Source of the DNA: Octopus vulgaris
Lineage: Eukaryota
DNA length: 64,000 bases
Direction: 5' to 3'
Assembly (NCBI GenBank): GCA_951406725.2
Contig: OX597828.1
Location: 21,948,001-22,012,000, forward strand
Below the pieces are notes generated by a model. The model was not told the DNA's origin and did no database searches. It saw nothing but the letters and a program-made list of their open reading frames with translations. Below, one piece after another: positions 59,489-64,000 of the stretch. The translations under genes were made by a program, and so were the position numbers. Position 1 is the first letter of the stretch; each line of letters begins with the position of its first letter.

Positions 59489-60105
59489 CGATATACAATA
59501 TAGTTATGTGTATATAGAGCAATCTTCTACGTAAGTTCGGTCTTCCGAATACACTCCCATAGTATTTGTCTGATACACTAAGAGAGATCTGCCCCAAGTG
59601 CTGCGTGGTGAAGCTAAATCTGAAACATCGTAGCTAGTAAGCCTCACCGTCACTATGACTGATTGATTATGAATATGTATACATAACCCATTCTGAATTC
59701 GAAATGCATAATTAATTAATGAAATACCAGCTTTACAGACATGTAAATACACCTAGTTGTTCGCTTCTCATAAACATAATTTGAAGTGATTGCCGTCTCA
59801 GGCATCACACGAAGAAGTAACACGAAAACGTAACACCTCATTCTTTGCCACTGAGAGTAACTTAAATTAATCGGTTTTTATATCAAATACAAAAGGGATT
59901 ATTGATGTCACGTGAGAACTAATTTGCATACTATAATTTGTTTGTCGATCAGATTAATTAATTAACAAAATATATTATGCTGATTATTTGAAACCTTAAA
60001 TACATTGATATAAATTTATGTTCTAGAACCAGTTTCGAATGAAATGGCAGTGTGTGAGTGTGTGTGTGTGTCTGTGTGTGTGTGTATGTGTGTGTCTGTG
60101 TGTGT

Positions 60106-60136
<31 letters not shown>

Positions 60137-60377
60137 AGTGTGTGTGTCGCGTGTGTATGTTAGAACTGTAGTATTACAAAATGTGTGTATAAATATGACA
60201 GACTTGCATGTAGATTAACATTTGAATTTACTGATACGCATTCACTTACACGCGTATATATCCACCTGTACATACTCACATGTAACACACAAATTCACGC
60301 AGACATTCACACACGCTTATGCACACACACACAAACACGCATACACACACACACACACACACACATATAGATACACA

Positions 60378-60537
60378 ACGTTCTTCTTTTAGTGTCTGGC
60401 AACGAAATCCACTCAGGGGGGTTTGCTCGACCCGATACTATAGTAAAAGACACTTGTCCAAGGTGCCACGCAGTGTAACTGAACCCGGAAGCTTGTGGTT
60501 GGTAAGCAAGCTACTTACCACACAGCCACTCCTGCGC
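60378..60537 (-). mobile_element. SINE family A 5' half
   Basis: ...ggttggtaagcaagctacttaccacacagccactcctgcgc. Confidence 0.78.
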
Positions 60538-60806
60538 ATATATATATATATCGCATTTATATCAACAATTGAGGGTAAAATTAATTAATTAATCAATTTC
60601 ACTAAGTGTTCAGTATGTAAAAGGACCATTTAAGGCGAATTCAAAATATTACATTATATAATTAGGGCTTAGTAAAATAAATTACTTTGCCACATACTGA
60701 ACTTAGTAGAAATAGCAGCCCCAAAAAAAAATTTTCTTAGCATTTCTACTACTTAAAGAAAATTTCTCTCAGATAATGTTTACTCCAGACAGCTCACGAT
60801 ATATAT

Positions 60807-60874
<68 letters not shown>

Positions 60875-60970
60875 AGAAATATATAGGCGCAGGAGTGACT
60901 GTGTGGTAAGTAGCATCATGCTTACCAACCACATGATATATATATATATATCAATATATATATATAAATA

Positions 60971-61385
60971 GGCGTAGGAGTGGCTGTGTGGTAAGTAGCT
61001 TGCTTACCAACCACAAGGTCCGGGTTCAATCCCACTGCGTGGCATCTTGGGCAAATGTCTTCTGATATAGCCCCGGGCCGATCAATGCCTTGTGAGTGGA
61101 TTTGTAGACGGAAATTGAAAGAAGCCTGTCGTATATATGTATATATATATGTATGTGTGTGTATATGTTTGTGTGTCTTTGTTTGTCCCCCTAGCATTGC
61201 TTGACAACCGATGCTGGTTTGTTTACGTCCCCGTCACTTAGCGGTTCGGCAAAAGAGACCGATAGAATAAGTACTGGGCTTACAAAAGAATAAGTCCCGG
61301 GGTCGAGTTGCTCGACTAAAGGCGGTGCTCCAGCATGGCCGCAGTCAAATGACTGAAACAAGTAAAAGAGTAAAAGAGAGAAAGA
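60971..61385 (+). mobile_element. SINE family A, full length (preceded by a duplicated head at 60886-60934)
   Basis: A-box-like tggctgtgtggt, B-box gggttcaatccc, CORE-like tcttgggcaaatgtc, tail aagtaaaagagtaaaagag. Confidence 0.88.
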
Positions 61386-61386
61386 G

Positions 61387-61421
<35 letters not shown>

Positions 61422-61424
<3 letters not shown>

Positions 61425-61618
61425 GTGGAGGCGCAATAGCCCATTGGTTAGGGTAGCGGACTCGCGTTTCCGCTTCCCAGACCGGGTGTTGGGAGTGTTT
61501 ATTGAGCGAAAACACCTAATGCCCCACGACACTCCAGCATGGGGTGGTGGCGATACCTGCTGTACTCTTTCGCCGCAACTTTCTCTCACTCTTTCTTCTG
61601 ATAGCCTGGTCGTTCACG

Positions 61619-61622
<4 letters not shown>
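61422..61622 (+). mobile_element. SINE family D with deleted tail type ii
   Basis: gtggaggcgcaatagcccattggttagggtagcggactcgcg...ctgatagcctggtcg. Confidence 0.78.
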
Positions 61623-61693
<71 letters not shown>

Positions 61694-61697
<4 letters not shown>

Positions 61698-62744
61698 ATG
61701 AGGAGGTCAATTCGGGAAACAAATGCTATGACCTAGTTTGCTCGTTGTAATCTGAAAGTCTGGAATACAAAGTTATTGTCCTTTGTTCCGTCAGATTCTG
61801 GAAGCATTAATGAGTTTTGAGGGGACCTTTGGCGTTGTTCCGGTCAAGGAAAGTTCGAGGAAGCTACCCTTTAAAAAAGCAGGGGATGTGAGTCTGTGAA
61901 CAGTCGGCCGGCAGTTCTGGCCAGAGACAGGACTGATACGACGGCGGTCAGTTTAGAAAGACAGACAGACAATGTGAGGGATGACAAGCGAGAGAATGAA
62001 AGTAAATGTGAAAGAGGAAGACAGTCAGATAAGATTACGGCGAGGGGCAACGACAACGTGGAGAAGGACATACACATAGGATTAAGGAGCTAAGAGAGAG
62101 TGACTACGGTATGAGGGCACTGGCTATTGTGTAACGGTATGAGTTTATTTATGTTTTGATATGTGAAAAAAGAAGGAAAAAGAAGCGTTGAAATGTAGAA
62201 GAATTGATGTGTTGAAAAAAGAGAAAGAAGGAAAGAGGAAAAAGAAAGAACTGTGTAAATACATTGTGAAAAGAGTTGTGGAAAAGAAAGAAAGAAGGAG
62301 AAAGACTCTAATGTATTGAACTGTATCGTTAATGTAGAACTAATTTGTCTCTGGACTTTAATGTGAACGTTATTTGATTTGAACTGTTGTCTCTGAACTG
62401 TTATTGTACCTGCATGCTTTGATTTGTTGTTTTCTTGCTTTCTTGCACGTATTTTCTTTGATGTATTTGATGTAATAATTGTTATAAACTACTGTTGTTA
62501 AATGTAGCCAATTGCCTTCCGCCGTCTCTCTTTGGGTGTCTCTCTTCCTGTTGTTGTTGTATGTTGTTGTTCTCTCCGGTCGCCGGTTGCCGAGTTCGCT
62601 GCCGCCTTCTCCCCCACCGAATTCTCTCTCTCCGAGTCCGTCGCGAGTTCGTCGATCGATCAGGCCGATAAATCGTCGTCGCTCGACTTGGTAGAGTCCC
62701 GGGTTTTTCCGAAGAGTTTGAGCGACGGCAGGTGGTTCGTAACA
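61694..62744 (-). mobile_element. Solo LTR (probably Gypsy-type), 1051 bp
   Basis: TG...CA ends with inverted termini tgttatga / tcgtaaca; ATAT on both sides (4-bp TSD, ambiguous because the left flank is (TA)n); AATAAA on the minus strand near 62145; orientation tentative. Confidence 0.65.
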
Positions 62745-63618
62745 ATATATATTTGACATCTTGCAACACATTTGCCTAAGCCATTGACCTCTGCTACAGC
62801 TCCTGTTCATACCTGGTGCCCAAGGTCAACGGCATCCACTCATGTACCTTAGCTGAAGCGGTATATCAGGTTACTGAATACGGTGAGGCACATGAGAGAC
62901 TTTGTGGGTTGAATACGAGACAGTGGCGCCCGCTCTCCATACAATATGGATGCAGCGTGTTACACACCAAAGGTGCACAAACCGGAAACATGAATATGTA
63001 AAGTGATGATGTAGTAGCCATGAACAAATGTCTTGATTATTTGAATATAATCAAATATCATACAGATAAACTTTCATATTATCCTCCAGTTTATCTGCAG
63101 CCTTCAGGAGATAAACTTATAAAATGAAGTTTAGACTCATAGATTCTCTGAAGAATGAAGGGTGAACGTATCAGAAGCGACTGTAGAAATGAAAGAATCC
63201 TAGACATGAATAAAGATAATATTGTTACTTCCGATTAATTAGTATGTGTCTGGTGTTTACACAACAACAGCGACGCTGGTGGCGGATTGCGACGGATTCG
63301 AACTCTGCACACCGCCGTTGGGATTGATCAGTGTAGCCTATTAATTTGTAGCTTGTGCAGCGACGTCGTTTCTTGGAGACGGTCAGCGGCCGCTTGTTCT
63401 GTTATTACATATTTTTTATTACATAACGCCTGGCGTGTAAGGAAATCTCAAGTATTCTATCTCGACACACCTACATCAAAAAGGCAGCAGCAGATTGCTC
63501 ACACCAATGACAGACGGAAACATGTACCGCCTCGCATACACAGACACATATAAATATGCATGTATGTATGTATGAATATATATATACATGTATATATATA
63601 TATGTATATATATATATC

Positions 63619-63662
<44 letters not shown>

Positions 63663-63664
63663 CA

Positions 63665-63735
<71 letters not shown>

Positions 63736-64000
63736 ATATATATATATATATATACGTACATACGTATACATATGAATGCATGTATATATATATATATATA
63801 TATATATACAGTGTGTGTGAGAGTGTTTATGTGTGTGTGTGTGTAGAATATTGGACGGTCGTTGTAAGCAGGCCACCTTTAACACACCATTAGCCTTACG
63901 ATTCTGTATATCGAAATTACCTCGGAGATAATTTATATCTTGTACACACACATACAAACACACGAGACAAAACACACACACACACATATATACGCACAGG

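Noticed and set aside
62922-62933. tggcgcccg as a tRNA-Lys primer-binding site
   Set aside because: Only 9 nt and ~180 bp from the LTR end

Overview
Eukaryotic, AT-rich, microsatellite-saturated non-coding DNA. The tRNA-derived SINE families resemble those described from octopus (OR1/OR2-like), so the source is probably an octopus genome (inference). No intact host protein-coding gene is recognisable; nearly all listed ORFs are translations of simple repeats. The window is a retroelement graveyard. It has at least four tRNA-derived SINE head types with interchangeable 3' tails, RTE/RTE-X LINE relics, an R4/Dong-type relic, several Penelope-like element (PLE) fragments with GIY-YIG motifs, a ~1.05 kb solo LTR and a Tigger-like relic. 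The most interesting signals are: (1) several type-I hammerhead ribozyme folds in PLE-like terminal repeats, often in fold-back inverted arrangements, one with its catalytic core cleanly deleted; (2) an ~380 bp 18S rRNA segment embedded in sense orientation inside a SINE; (3) a 520 bp perfect palindrome and a similar inverted duplication hinged on (TA)n tracts; (4) modular head/tail swapping among SINEs; (5) two perfect heat-shock elements. All coordinates were read by eye and may be off by a few bases; family names are from memory of motifs, not from a database search.
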